A DNA stretch of 40,221 nt from an uncultured bacterium (GTDB lineage: Bacteria > Acidobacteriota > Thermoanaerobaculia > Multivoradales > JAHZIX01). Positions within the stretch are counted from its first letter, which is position 1. Each line of letters begins with the position of its first letter. Of the stretch, positions 1 through 9,730 are shown piece by piece. Where the stretch lies: assembly GCA_965368975.1 (NCBI GenBank), contig CBDUPA010000033.1:1-40221 (forward strand), written 5' to 3'. Under the pieces are notes generated by a model, which ran no database searches, was not told the DNA's origin, and worked only from the letters and a program-made list of their open reading frames with translations. The translations under genes and the position numbers were made by a program.

Positions 1-2
1 CG

Positions 3-3000
3 TGCGCCCTCCCCAGTGCCGGAACCGAGCCGTGCCCCGACTCACCCGCCTATCTTCTCTACACTTCCGGTTCCACCGGCCGTCCCAAGGGCGTGCTGGT
101 CACACACCGCGGTGTGAGCCGGCTGCTGCTCGGCAACCCTTACATGCCCTTCACCTCGCGTCTGCGCATCGCGCAGCTCAACAACACTGCCTTCGATGCC
201 TCGACGATCGAGATCTGGGGGGCCTGGCTGCACGGCGGCACGCTGGTCGGGGTGCCGCGTCAGATCAGCCAGGACGCGGCGGCGGTGCCGGGGTATCTGC
301 ACCGCTGGGGCGTCGAGATGGCGATGATTCCGTCGGCGCTGTTCGCCCACCTGGCGCGCACCCGGCCCGAGGTGCTCGACGGCATTCCCTATATCAACAT
401 CGGCGGTGAGGCGGCTGACCGGGAGGCCTGTCGACGTTTCCTGGCACGCACCGAGGGGCGGCGACCAGGACGCTTGCTCAACGGGTATGGGCCAACCGAG
501 TGCACAGTGTACTCGCAGGTCGAGATCCTCTATCCGACAGACGCCGAGCCGACGGACGACGAGGCGCCGATCGTCGCCATCGGCCGTTCGGTCGCCGCCA
601 CCGAAGCCGTTCTGTTGCCGCCCGGCGGTCCCGTGTGCTGGCACGAACCTCTGCCACTCGGGGTTGCGGGGGAGCTGTGCCTTGGTGGTGCGCGCCTGGC
701 GCGCGGTTACCACCGGCGTTTCGGCCTGACCGCCGAACGCTTCGTACCGCACCCATTTCCTTCTTCCTCCAGGGGCGGCGACCGCCTCTATCGCACCGGG
801 GATCTCGTGCGCATGCTCGGTGATGGCCGCTTCGACTACCTCGGCCGTCTCGACCACCAGATCCAGCTGCGCGGCTTCCGCGTCGAGTTGGGCGAGATCG
901 AGGCCGTGCTGCGCGGTGTCGAGGGTGTCGAAGAGGCGGTGGTGTTGGTGCACGGGGAAGGCGAAGGGCGGTATTTGGTGGCGTATGTGGTGGCCGGCGC
1001 GCAGGCGAGCCATGCAGAATCCGGCGCAACGCCCCATGTCCCAGAAGGCGACCACATGGGGTCGCCCCTACCCAGATCGGATTCGGAAGTTCTGCTGCCT
1101 GAAGTCTGCCTCGACGTCGCACGCGCTGGCCTGCCCGACTACATGGTGCCGCGCCACATCGTGCCGCTCGCGGCGCTACCGCTCAACGCGCATGGCAAGA
1201 CCGACCGCGCCGCGCTGGCGGCGATCGAGCTGCAGGACCCGCGATCCTCACAGCATCGGGCGGAACTCGACCGCACCGCGCCGCGCGACGAGGTCGAGGC
1301 GCTGCTAGTGCGCGTGTGGGCCAAGTTGCTGGATGTCGGCGAGGTCGGTGTGCACGCTGACTTCTTCCGCCTCGGTGGTCATTCACTTCTCGCCGCCAGC
1401 TTGCTGGCGGAGGCCGAGTCGGCCTTCGGTGTGCATGTGTCGCTGGCGATGTTCTTCGAGCAGCCGACGATCGCGTCCCTGGCGCGTCACGTGCGCACGG
1501 CACGTGAGCGACGGGTAGCGGTGGGCGACGCCTACGGCAAGACGCTGCTGCGCCGGCCGCCGCTGGTGTCGCTCGACCGCCGCGAGATCGAGACCGATGC
1601 CGAGGGGCGTCCTGTGCTGCCGCAGAGCTATGCGCAGCAGCGTCTGTGGTTCCTCGACCGCCTGGAACCAGGCTTGCCGACCTACCACATCGCCGTGCCG
1701 CTACGCTTCCGCGGTGACCTTGACGTCGCCGGCCTGCACGCCACGCTCGAGGGTATCCTGGCGCGTCACGAAGCCCTACGCACCACCTTCGCACAGCACG
1801 GTGCCGAAGCCGTGCAGGTCATCCATCCGCCGCCACGCCCAGGCCATCGTCAACCGCTGCCACTGATCGATCTCGGTGGGCTCGTGTCCGGTGCTGATCC
1901 TGGCACCGAGGTCTCCTCAGAGGTCTCAGAGCGGGTCGAGGTCGAGCTGGAACGCCTGGCGGCCGCCGAGGCGCGCCGCCCCTTCGACCTGACGCGCGAC
2001 CCCATGCTGCGCGTCGTGCTGGTGCGCCTGCCGCGCGTGCCGACGGAAGCGACTGCAGGCGACGAAGGCGTCGAGGGCATGGTGAGCGAACACGGCGTTC
2101 TGGCGACGCTGCATCACATCGCCAGCGATGGCTGGTCGGTCGGCGTGCTGGTCAAGGACGTCGCCATGCTCTACCAGGCCTGGGTCGGCGGCGAGTGGCG
2201 CGGCCAGGAGCGCCGGCCGCTACCGCCGGTGCAGGTGCAGTACGCCGACTACGCCGTCTGGCAGCGTCGCTGGCTGGAGACCGTGGCGGGGGAACCAGCG
2301 GACAGCGAAGATGCAGCCGAAGACGCACCACCGATCACCGTTCTCGACCGTCAGCTCGACTACTGGCGCACCCAGCTCACCGGCGCCCCGACGCTCGACC
2401 TACCGCTCGACCGCCCCCGACCGCCGCGCTTCGAGACCAGCGGTAGCCACGCCCTGCGCATCCTGCCCGCCAGGCTCGCGCGCCGCCTCGAAGCCTTCGC
2501 GCTCGACAGCGGCAATACTCTCTTCGTCACCCTGCTCACTGCCTTCGAGGTGTTGCTGCTGCGCTGGACCGGTCAGGCCGACATCAGCGTCGGCACGCCA
2601 GTGGCCGGACGCACGCGCGCCGAGGTCGAGCCGCTGATCGGCTTCTTCGTCAACACCCTGGTGCTGCGTGGCCGTCTCGACGCCGACGCCAGCTTCCGCG
2701 ACGCCCAGGCGCAGCTGCGCAACGTCGTGCTCACCGGTCAGGATCACGGTGACGTTCCTTTCGAGCGCGTCGTCGAAGCCCTGCAGCCGCCGCGCGACCG
2801 CAGCCGTACGCCGCTGTTCCAGGTGCTGTTCACGCTGCAGACCACCGCCACCGGCCGGCTCGACTTGCCCGGTCTCGACCTGCGCGCCGTGCCCCTACGC
2901 AGCGGTGTCGCCAAGTTCGACTTGGAAGTGCAGGCGCAGCCCTACATCGACCCTGAGGCGCCGCGCAACTCGGACGGCGAGGTCGAGGCGACCCTGCTGC

Positions 3001-4949
3001 TCAACGCCGGCTTCCGTAGCCGCCTGTTCGACACCACCACCATCGAGCGCTTGCTCGGTCACTGCGAGGTGCTGCTGGAGTCGATCGTCGAAGCGGAGGT
3101 CGCAGATCTGCCGCTGCGCCGCCTGCCACTCTTGAGCCGTGCCGAGCGACACCAGTTGTGCGTCGAGAGCAACGATACCCACCGCGCCTATCCCGACGAC
3201 GTCTCGCTCGCCACTCTGGTGCGCCGTACCGCCGAACGCTTCCCCGACGCCGTCGCGGTGCTCTATCCGGGCGGCACCGATCATCACCTCAGCTATCGCG
3301 AGCTGATCCGCCGCGCCGATCTACTGGCTACGGCCCTGCGCCAGAACGGCGTTGGCCCCGACGTCCTGGTGGCGCTCGACCTCGAGCGCTCGCCGGAACT
3401 GATTGTCGCCACCGTCGGCGTCATCCTTGCTGGTGGTGCCTACCTGCCGCTGAACCGCAACTACCCGCAGGAGCGCCTCGACTTCCAGCTGCGTGACGCG
3501 GGTGTCGAGGTGGTGGTGGGCGAGGGGGGGATCGCGATCCCAGCCACCTCCCCAGGGCATCCAAGTGGGGGTGCCCCGACTTCTCTCAACCTTGCCTACA
3601 CCCTCTACACCTCCGGCTCCACCGGTCGTCCCAAGGGCGTCGCCGTGACTCAACAGGGCGTCGCACGTCTGCTACTCGACAATCCCTACGCGGACTTCGG
3701 CCCCGGTCGCCGTTTCTGCCAGGTCGCCAACTTCGGCTTCGACGCCGCCACCTTCGAGGTCTGGGGCGCGTTGCTGCACGGGGGCTGCGTCGTCGGCGTG
3801 CCGCGAGACCTCAGCCTGGCCCCGGCGCGACTGGCTCGCTTCTTCGCCGAACACCGCGTCGACGCCGCTTGCTTCACTTCCGCCCTCTTCCACCAGACCG
3901 CGCGCTCGCATCCGGAGACTTTCGCTGGCCTGCGCGATCTGCTCGTGGGTGGTGAGGCCGTCGAGCCCGAAGCCTCGCACTTGTTGCTACGCTCTAGTTC
4001 CGGAGGTGGCTTCCGCGGCCGTCTCGCCAACGCCTATGGTCCGACCGAGTGCACCGTCATTGCCACCGTCGGTCCGGTGACGCTGCCGGACGTCGAAACC
4101 GCTGCCGATCAGCCCGCACGTGGCGCTCGCGCGCACGGACGCCTGTCGATCGGCCGTCCGATCGCCAACACAGAAGTCTTCCTGCTGGACCCGCACGGCG
4201 AGCTCGTCGTGCCCGGCGTGGCCGGTGAACTCTACCTGGGCGGCCCCGGCCTGGCGCGCGGCTACCTCGGTCGTCCGGCGCTCACGGCTGACGCTTTCGT
4301 CCCGCATCCCTTCACACGTGAGTCCGGCTCCCGTCTCTACAAGACCGGCGATCTCGTGCGCCGCCTGCCCGACGGCCGTCTCGACTTTCTCGGCCGTCGC
4401 GATCACCAGGTCAAGCTGCGCGGTTTCCGCATCGAGCTGGGCGAGATCGAGATGGTGTTGCGGGCGCAAGAAGGGGTGGAAGATGCCGTCGTGCTGGTGC
4501 GCGGCGAGGGGGACGGACGGTACTTGGTGGCTTATGTCGTCGGTCCTGTCGTCGGCCGAGACCTTCTGGCCGCCACCCTGCCCGACTACATGGTGCCGCG
4601 CTACCTCGTGCCACTCGACGCCTTCCCCCTCACCGCCAACGGCAAACTCGACCGCCGCGCCTTGCCCGACCCTGACACCACACCGCGCGACACTTACGTG
4701 GCGCCGAGGAGCGAACTGGAAGAGGACCTCGCCGAGTTGTGGGCCGAACTGCTCGCCGTCGAGCGCGTTGGCGTCGAAGATGATTTCTTCGAACTCGGCG
4801 GCCACTCCATGCTGGCGATGCAACTCATGTCGCACCTGGAGGCCAGCCTCGGCTTCCCGGTGCCGCTGGAGAAGCTGTTCTCTCAGCCCACGATCGCGGC
4901 CTTGGCGGTGGTGCTGGAAGACCTGGCCGAGGAGTTCGAAGACGACTGA
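3..4949 (+). CDS. Non-ribosomal peptide synthetase, 5'-truncated by the window edge; domains A(partial)-T-C-A-T, no terminal TE/R domain
   Basis: The frame is open upstream of the ORF-track start at 93 (YLLYTSGSTGRPKGV, A3 motif). A-domain motifs YGPTE, YRTGD/YKTGD and RGFR(V/I)ELGEIE occur twice; T motifs FFRLGGHSLL and FFELGGHSML; C domain SYAQQRLWFL and HHIASDGWS. Ends EEFEDD* at 4949. Confidence 0.97.
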   Translation, partial: CALPSAGTEPCPDSPAYLLYTSGSTGRPKGVLVTHRGVSRLLLGNPYMPFTSRLRIAQLNNTAFDASTIEIWGAWLHGGTLVGVPRQISQDAAAVPGYLHRWGVEMAMIPSALFAHLARTRPEVLDGIPYINIGGEAADREACRRFLARTEGRRPGRLLNGYGPTECTVYSQVEILYPTDAEPTDDEAPIVAIGRSVAATEAVLLPPGGPVCWHEPLPLGVAGELCLGGARLARGYHRRFGLTAERFVPHPFPSSSRGGDRLYRTGDLVRMLGDGRFDYLGRLDHQIQLRGFRVELGEIEAVLRGVEGVEEAVVLVHGEGEGRYLVAYVVAGAQASHAESGATPHVPEGDHMGSPLPRSDSEVLLPEVCLDVARAGLPDYMVPRHIVPLAALPLNAHGKTDRAALAAIELQDPRSSQHRAELDRTAPRDEVEALLVRVWAKLLDVGEVGVHADFFRLGGHSLLAASLLAEAESAFGVHVSLAMFFEQPTIASLARHVRTARERRVAVGDAYGKTLLRRPPLVSLDRREIETDAEGRPVLPQSYAQQRLWFLDRLEPGLPTYHIAVPLRFRGDLDVAGLHATLEGILARHEALRTTFAQHGAEAVQVIHPPPRPGHRQPLPLIDLGGLVSGADPGTEVSSEVSERVEVELERLAAAEARRPFDLTRDPMLRVVLVRLPRVPTEATAGDEGVEGMVSEHGVLATLHHIASDGWSVGVLVKDVAMLYQAWVGGEWRGQERRPLPPVQVQYADYAVWQRRWLETVAGEPADSEDAAEDAPPITVLDRQLDYWRTQLTGAPTLDLPLDRPRPPRFETSGSHALRILPARLARRLEAFALDSGNTLFVTLLTAFEVLLLRWTGQADISVGTPVAGRTRAEVEPLIGFFVNTLVLRGRLDADASFRDAQAQLRNVVLTGQDHGDVPFERVVEALQPPRDRSRTPLFQVLFTLQTTATGRLDLPGLDLRAVPLRSGVAKFDLEVQAQPYIDPEAPRNSDGEVEATLLLNAGFRSRLFDTTTIERLLGHCEVLLESIVEAEVADLPLRRLPLLSRAERHQLCVESNDTHRAYPDDVSLATLVRRTAERFPDAVAVLYPGGTDHHLSYRELIRRADLLATALRQNGVGPDVLVALDLERSPELIVATVGVILAGGAYLPLNRNYPQERLDFQLRDAGVEVVVGEGGIAIPATSPGHPSGGAPTSLNLAYTLYTSGSTGRPKGVAVTQQGVARLLLDNPYADFGPGRRFCQVANFGFDAATFEVWGALLHGGCVVGVPRDLSLAPARLARFFAEHRVDAACFTSALFHQTARSHPETFAGLRDLLVGGEAVEPEASHLLLRSSSGGGFRGRLANAYGPTECTVIATVGPVTLPDVETAADQPARGARAHGRLSIGRPIANTEVFLLDPHGELVVPGVAGELYLGGPGLARGYLGRPALTADAFVPHPFTRESGSRLYKTGDLVRRLPDGRLDFLGRRDHQVKLRGFRIELGEIEMVLRAQEGVEDAVVLVRGEGDGRYLVAYVVGPVVGRDLLAATLPDYMVPRYLVPLDAFPLTANGKLDRRALPDPDTTPRDTYVAPRSELEEDLAELWAELLAVERVGVEDDFFELGGHSMLAMQLMSHLEASLGFPVPLEKLFSQPTIAALAVVLEDLAEEFEDD
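1047..1071 (-). repeat. GTAG-family REP-like palindrome inside the NRPS coding sequence
   Basis: Minus strand reads GTAGG-GGCGACC-CCATGT-GGTCGCC: a GTAG tetranucleotide followed by a 7-bp GC-rich stem. It lies in an insertion present in the first A domain but absent from the second. Confidence 0.6.
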
Positions 4950-4961
4950 CTGGCTATCTGG

Positions 4962-5372
4962 CTACACCTCGCTCAACGCTTTGGCGAAGCGTTCCAACTG
5001 GTCGAGATCTTCCTGCAGGATTTCGTACAGTCGCTGGTAGTCGACATCCAGGTACATGTGAACGATCAAGTTGCGTAGCCCTGCCCAGCCGGCCATCTGC
5101 TCGGCGAGCTCTTGGTCCAGCAGGCCGTCGGCTTGCAAGAGTCCAAAGACCTCACGATTGGTACTCGGAGCCCCGAGGCCACGATCCGCGATCAGGTGGT
5201 TGGCGATATCGAGACTGCACTCGACCGCGACCTGAGACCACCGTTCGGCCTGCGCTTGGAGGCCCGGATCGGTCATGAACTCATGCAGGGGGACTTCCTG
5301 CAGCCGCCGCAGGTGACGCAGCGTTTCTTCCAGCTTTCCGAGGCGCAAGGCGAAGACGTTACGGTCGACCAA
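4962..5372 (-). CDS. hepT: HepT-like HEPN RNase toxin (DUF86)
   Basis: 136 aa with an RX4HXY motif (RNLIVHMY); overlaps the upstream MNT gene. Confidence 0.92.
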   Translation of the reverse strand: MVDRNVFALRLGKLEETLRHLRRLQEVPLHEFMTDPGLQAQAERWSQVAVECSLDIANHLIADRGLGAPSTNREVFGLLQADGLLDQELAEQMAGWAGLRNLIVHMYLDVDYQRLYEILQEDLDQLERFAKALSEV

Positions 5373-5769
5373 AACGCCCTTCCTTCAGCCGCTGCAGTTG
5401 CGCTTCCCGGTGGAAGTCTCGCCAGTATTGAAGGTCCAGAGATTGACCGATGGTCCGTACGAAGTACTGTACCCAGGCGCTACGGTCGCGCACGAACAGA
5501 CGCTGACCCTTCAAAGCCTGGTGACCGAGAAAAGGTGGAGCGTCGTTCAGAACCACCACGTCGACGCGCCCGAACTCTTCCAGGTCGACGCTCAGCCGGC
5601 GCCGAATGGCGAAGCGTTGACGAGCGTCGAGGTCTTCGTCCAGGTAGACCGCAACGTCCCAGTCCGAATCCGGCCGCGCGGTGCCATCGGCACGGGAGCC
5701 GAAGAGGAGGGCGAACAGGATTTCATCCTGCTTCTTGAGTCGCTCGGTTAACAGTTCGAGAGTGGGCAT
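5359..5769 (-). CDS. mntA: MntA-like minimal nucleotidyltransferase antitoxin
   Basis: GSX10DXD motif (GSRADGTARPDSDWD) and VDVVVLN; directly upstream of the HEPN gene. Confidence 0.92.
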   Translation of the reverse strand: MPTLELLTERLKKQDEILFALLFGSRADGTARPDSDWDVAVYLDEDLDARQRFAIRRRLSVDLEEFGRVDVVVLNDAPPFLGHQALKGQRLFVRDRSAWVQYFVRTIGQSLDLQYWRDFHREAQLQRLKEGRFGRP

Positions 5770-5809
5770 CGGCTCATTATGGCATGGATGCTGTCGAGGA
5801 AAAGTCGGC

Positions 5810-7792
5810 CTAGTGCGTCCGAAGCCGAAGAATCAGCGGCTCATGGTCGCTAGCCTGAAGATATGGCGGAAAATCTGCGTTGACATGCACGATCTCCAGC
5901 TGCGGCTGAGCCTTCTGTGCCAGCGTCGGACTGATCAGGACGTGGTCGAGCACTTGGGAGTTGCCCTGGTAGTTGTAGGTGTAGCGCTGGGCCAGGGGGA
6001 CCGTTTCCAGGAGGTTGACCAGGCCGACTTCGTCGACCAGGTGACGGATCGGGGCGCGGAACTCGTGCTCGTTCATGTCGCCGAGTACGACGACCCAGGC
6101 TTCGGGATCGACGTTCAGCAGCTCGGTGACGAAGGCGCCGATGACCTGCGCTTGTTCCAGGCGACGCTTTTCGCTGTGACGCACCGGTGGTTGACGGCTG
6201 CCGAAGTCGCGGTCGTCGCCGCGCTTGGAGGTGAGGTGGTTGTTGATCAGGAAGAGGCGGCGGGCGGTGGTGCCGTGACCGATGCGGAACTCGGCGGCCA
6301 GACTCTTGCGGCTGCCGCCCTCATCGCTGTCCGGGTCGGGGCCGAAGGCGGCATGCTCGGGCTCGATGCGGCCGGGGCTGAGCGTGAGGGACAATTCGCC
6401 GCCGCCGGTGCCGGGGTCGATCTCGACGGCGTCGGTGGGGCCGGCTTCACCACGGTCGAGGAAGGCGACGCGTTCGGGGTTGAACAGGTAGACAACGCGG
6501 ATGTTGCCGTCCGGCTGGCCGCCGTCGGCGTTGGGCAGCGGGTCGATCTGACGGTATTCGTAGCGCGGCCCCCCGGCACTGCGGATGGCGAAGATCAGCT
6601 TCTTGAGCGTCTGGTTGGGCGAGGTCCAGGGGCCCGGCTCGGCGCCGTTGTCGTCTTGGACTTCCTGCAGCGCCAGGATGTCCGGGCTGGCCATCGGGCC
6701 GGCGATCTGCGCGGCCAGGCGGCGGAACTGCGTGTCGGGATCCTTGGCGTCGAGGTTGAGCACGTTGTACGTCGCGATCGTGATGTGCTCGTCGTCGCCG
6801 CGCAGGATCGAATGGGCCTCTGGCGCTGGGGTATCCGCGACGGGTTCTGAGCTGCCAGGAGCCTTCATACCATAGGGGATGAGCAGCGGCAGCGGCTCGG
6901 TGGGCAGCAGCCGATAGGTGCCGTAGTCGTAGCTCAGCACGCCGACGATCGCGCCGTCGAAGCGGTCGCCGACGCTAGCCTGCGGCACTTGGTAGTCACG
7001 CGGCAGCAGCGCGTCGACGTTGATGATCAAGCGCTCGGGGTTCAGGTCGTTGTTGGTCAAGACGACTCCGCCGCGGGCGCTGCGATTGTCGATGCCGGCA
7101 CCGCCGCTGGGCAGCACGACGATCTCGCCGTATTTGCTGGTCGGTCCAACCACCACCGGGTCCGGCACGCGCACGCGCATGCCCTCGAGGCTCTCGTAGA
7201 AGTCTAGCGCGTCGGTGGTCGGTTCGAAGGCGCCGAGGCCGTCGTCGTCGATCACGGGGCTGGGGGGCCTACGCCGGGCCACGGCGGTACTGTCCGCTGG
7301 CAGGCTGCCAGGTCCCAACTCGACGACCGCCGGCAACGCGACCTCGCCGCTGTCGTCGACGCTCTCCACCGCCGTCGCGGCGATCTGCGTCACCGGCAGC
7401 TGGCCGTCTCGCTCCGGTTCGCGCACCTCGCCGGTCACCCGCACCGGCAACCCGACGCTCACCGCACACGCCACCTCGCACGTCACGTACACGCCCTCGG
7501 ACGTCGCCGGGTTGCCGTCGTCCTGGGCGCTCTGCAGCCAGAAGCCGCGCGGCGTGGGTTCTTCGCCGCCCTGAGTGTCGTCACGAAGGGGCAGCGTCGC
7601 GGTGACGATGCCGTCGACGGTGACCGTTTGCCCGACCCTGGGGGAGCGGTGCGCCTCGCCTTGGATCTCCGGGATGGTCACCACGTCGGTGACCTGTGCA
7701 TTGACCTCCTCGGGTGCCTGTGGCGACGCCGCGATGGGGAGGCAGAGCAGGGCCAAGGCCGAGAAGAGCAGGGGACGCAGCTGGGTGTTCAT
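5810..7792 (-). CDS. Secreted endonuclease/exonuclease/phosphatase-family nuclease with N-terminal OB-fold (ExeM/NucH/YhcR-like)
   Basis: Signal peptide; TIPEIQG..HRSP, DGNPATSEG, ESLEGMRV, ATYNVLNL, LQEVQD, NHLTSK, GDMN, LDHVL, SDHEP. Confidence 0.9.
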   Translation of the reverse strand: MNTQLRPLLFSALALLCLPIAASPQAPEEVNAQVTDVVTIPEIQGEAHRSPRVGQTVTVDGIVTATLPLRDDTQGGEEPTPRGFWLQSAQDDGNPATSEGVYVTCEVACAVSVGLPVRVTGEVREPERDGQLPVTQIAATAVESVDDSGEVALPAVVELGPGSLPADSTAVARRRPPSPVIDDDGLGAFEPTTDALDFYESLEGMRVRVPDPVVVGPTSKYGEIVVLPSGGAGIDNRSARGGVVLTNNDLNPERLIINVDALLPRDYQVPQASVGDRFDGAIVGVLSYDYGTYRLLPTEPLPLLIPYGMKAPGSSEPVADTPAPEAHSILRGDDEHITIATYNVLNLDAKDPDTQFRRLAAQIAGPMASPDILALQEVQDDNGAEPGPWTSPNQTLKKLIFAIRSAGGPRYEYRQIDPLPNADGGQPDGNIRVVYLFNPERVAFLDRGEAGPTDAVEIDPGTGGGELSLTLSPGRIEPEHAAFGPDPDSDEGGSRKSLAAEFRIGHGTTARRLFLINNHLTSKRGDDRDFGSRQPPVRHSEKRRLEQAQVIGAFVTELLNVDPEAWVVVLGDMNEHEFRAPIRHLVDEVGLVNLLETVPLAQRYTYNYQGNSQVLDHVLISPTLAQKAQPQLEIVHVNADFPPYLQASDHEPLILRLRTH

Positions 7793-7872
7793 ACCGTGAT
7801 TTTGTCACGACGCGAGCCACAAAGAGCGATGTTAGGATAGCGGCCCGTCAATGACCTACGGAGACTCCACCG

Positions 7873-8496
7873 ATGCACCGAGCCCTCGAAGCCCTCGACC
7901 GCCTGCGCGAAGGTAACGCCCGTTTCGTCGCCGACGATGCCGACTCGACGTCGGTGATCAGCCAGCAGCGGCGCAAGGAGCTGGTCGCCGAACAGCGTCC
8001 GTTCGCGATCATTCTCGGCTGTTCCGACTCCCGCGTGCCGGCTGAACTCGTCTTTGACCAGGGCCTCGGCGACCTGTTCGTCATCCGCGTCGCCGGCAAC
8101 ATCGTGGCGCCGTCGCAGATCGGGAGCATCGAATTCGCCGCCGACCAGTTCGGCACACGGCTGGTGGTCGTCATGGGCCACTCCAGCTGCGGCGCCGTCA
8201 GTGCGACGCTGAGTGAGCTGCAGAATGCCACGCGGGCTCCGTCGCCGAACCTTCGCGCCATCGTCGACCACATCCGCCCCAGCGTCGAGGGCCTGTTGGA
8301 AACCGACCTGCGCGACAAGCCGGACGAACTCATCCACCAGGCCGTGCGCGCCAACGTCCGCGCGGCGGCAAACCACCTGCGGCACGGGTCGCGCATCCTG
8401 GAAGACCTGAGCCGCGACGACGGTCTGCTGGTGGTCGGTGCGGAGTACTCGCTGGAGACGGGGAAGGTCGACTTCTTCGACGGCGTGCCCGTCTAG
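7873..8496 (+). CDS. Beta-class carbonic anhydrase
   Basis: Zinc-ligand motifs GCSDSRV and GHSSCGAV, plus GDLFVIRVAGN; RBS GGAGA upstream. Confidence 0.96.
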   Translation: MHRALEALDRLREGNARFVADDADSTSVISQQRRKELVAEQRPFAIILGCSDSRVPAELVFDQGLGDLFVIRVAGNIVAPSQIGSIEFAADQFGTRLVVVMGHSSCGAVSATLSELQNATRAPSPNLRAIVDHIRPSVEGLLETDLRDKPDELIHQAVRANVRAAANHLRHGSRILEDLSRDDGLLVVGAEYSLETGKVDFFDGVPV

Positions 8497-8512
8497 CCAG
8501 CCTTGCTGTAGC

Positions 8513-9289
8513 TCAGGTCGGCAATGCAGCCTGCCCCGCGGCGATCCGCAGAGCTTCGACCGCGGCCACGCGTAGAGGATCGACCAATTCGACCGTCGAC
8601 GCCTCGAGCGTCAGCGGGTGCAAAGCCAGCGGAATCTCGGTGCAGCCGAGCACGACCGCGACGGCCCCGGCGTCGCGCAACTGCTCGGCGGCGTCGAGCA
8701 GGACTGGCCGGTGGAGCCGTGGGTCGTCGCCCGCCTTGAGGCCGAAGATCGCCGCCATGACGGCCGCCTGTCGCGCTGCACCCTCCGCGAGGTCGCGCGG
8801 GTTGCACCAGCTCAAATTGCGTCCGCCAGCAGCTTCCATGCGCCGGGCCGCCTGGGGATAGAGTTCGGCCTCGAGGGTGCCGGACGTCGCCAGCATGCCG
8901 ATACGGGCCGTGGCGCCGAAGCGCTGCGCCAAGGTGCGGACAGTGAGGCAGACCATGTCGAGAATCGGGATCTCGACGCGGGGCCGGACCGCGTCCAGAA
9001 AGGCGTATGCCGTGTTGCACGCGAGCAGCGCGAAGTCGGCGCGTCCCTGCAAGCGGTGCAGGCTGGAGACCAGCGCGTCGACCGGCGAGGCACCACCGTC
9101 GAGCAGGCAAGCCGTGCGATCCGGCGTCGCGGGCAGCGAGGAGAGCAGCCAGGGCGGGTAGTCTTGCTCACACTCGATCGCGTGGCCCAGGACTTCCGGC
9201 GCCGCGTCGAGCAGGTGTTGCTCGAGTCCCAGGTGCGCGCGCGGTCCGAGACCGCCGACGATGCCGAGCAGGCGGGGCCAGAGGGTCAT
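8513..9289 (-). CDS. Aspartate/glutamate racemase family protein with both catalytic Cys
   Basis: LGIVGGLGP, PDRT, ACNTAY, LATSGT, LGCTEIPL. Start placed at ATG 9289 rather than 9376. Confidence 0.9.
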   Translation of the reverse strand: MTLWPRLLGIVGGLGPRAHLGLEQHLLDAAPEVLGHAIECEQDYPPWLLSSLPATPDRTACLLDGGASPVDALVSSLHRLQGRADFALLACNTAYAFLDAVRPRVEIPILDMVCLTVRTLAQRFGATARIGMLATSGTLEAELYPQAARRMEAAGGRNLSWCNPRDLAEGAARQAAVMAAIFGLKAGDDPRLHRPVLLDAAEQLRDAGAVAVVLGCTEIPLALHPLTLEASTVELVDPLRVAAVEALRIAAGQAALPT

Positions 9290-9539
9290 GGGGGAAGTAT
9301 CGCATGGTGGGGGGGGCAAGCGGGTCCTGGCAAGATGATGCATTGAGTTGGCTTGCTGGCCTGATGTGGAGCCCAAGTCCAGTTCAGGAGGCGTTCTGGT
9401 TCCCCTGCTTGCCAGCCAAGCCTGGAATGTTCTCTTCTCCGAGAGCGAGAGGCTCTACGACGCGGTGCGGTGTCTTCCATCTATTCTCATTGGTTCAGTT
9501 TGTCCTTCAGGCTCGCGTCCGTGAATGCAGACAGATGAG

Positions 9540-9628
9540 TGGACACTTTGTCCAGCCTGTGCTACCTTTATCCATACTATGGATAGATCTTCACAGAACC
9601 TCTGTGGTTATGCTGTATCGATTTCGAT
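9540..9628. promoter_or_regulatory. AT-rich cluster of perfect palindromes (candidate operators) upstream of the island operon
   Basis: TGGACA-ctt-TGTCCA (9540-9554), TATCCATA-c-TATGGATA (9569-9585), CACAGA-acc-TCTGTG (9592-9606), ATCGA-tt-TCGAT (9617-9628). Confidence 0.45.
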
Positions 9629-9730
9629 TTATAGGATATCTAAATTGATATTGCCTGTTTGTGCCTGATGGAGGTTGATCGTGTTGATCGAGAGTGTTGT
9701 AGATCTGGCCAACTCGAAAGGGGGATGACG

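Noticed and set aside
42-1055. 337-aa minus-strand ORF and other ORFs antisense to the NRPS
   Set aside because: Shadow frames of a high-GC gene; no motifs, while the plus frame has all NRPS motifs.
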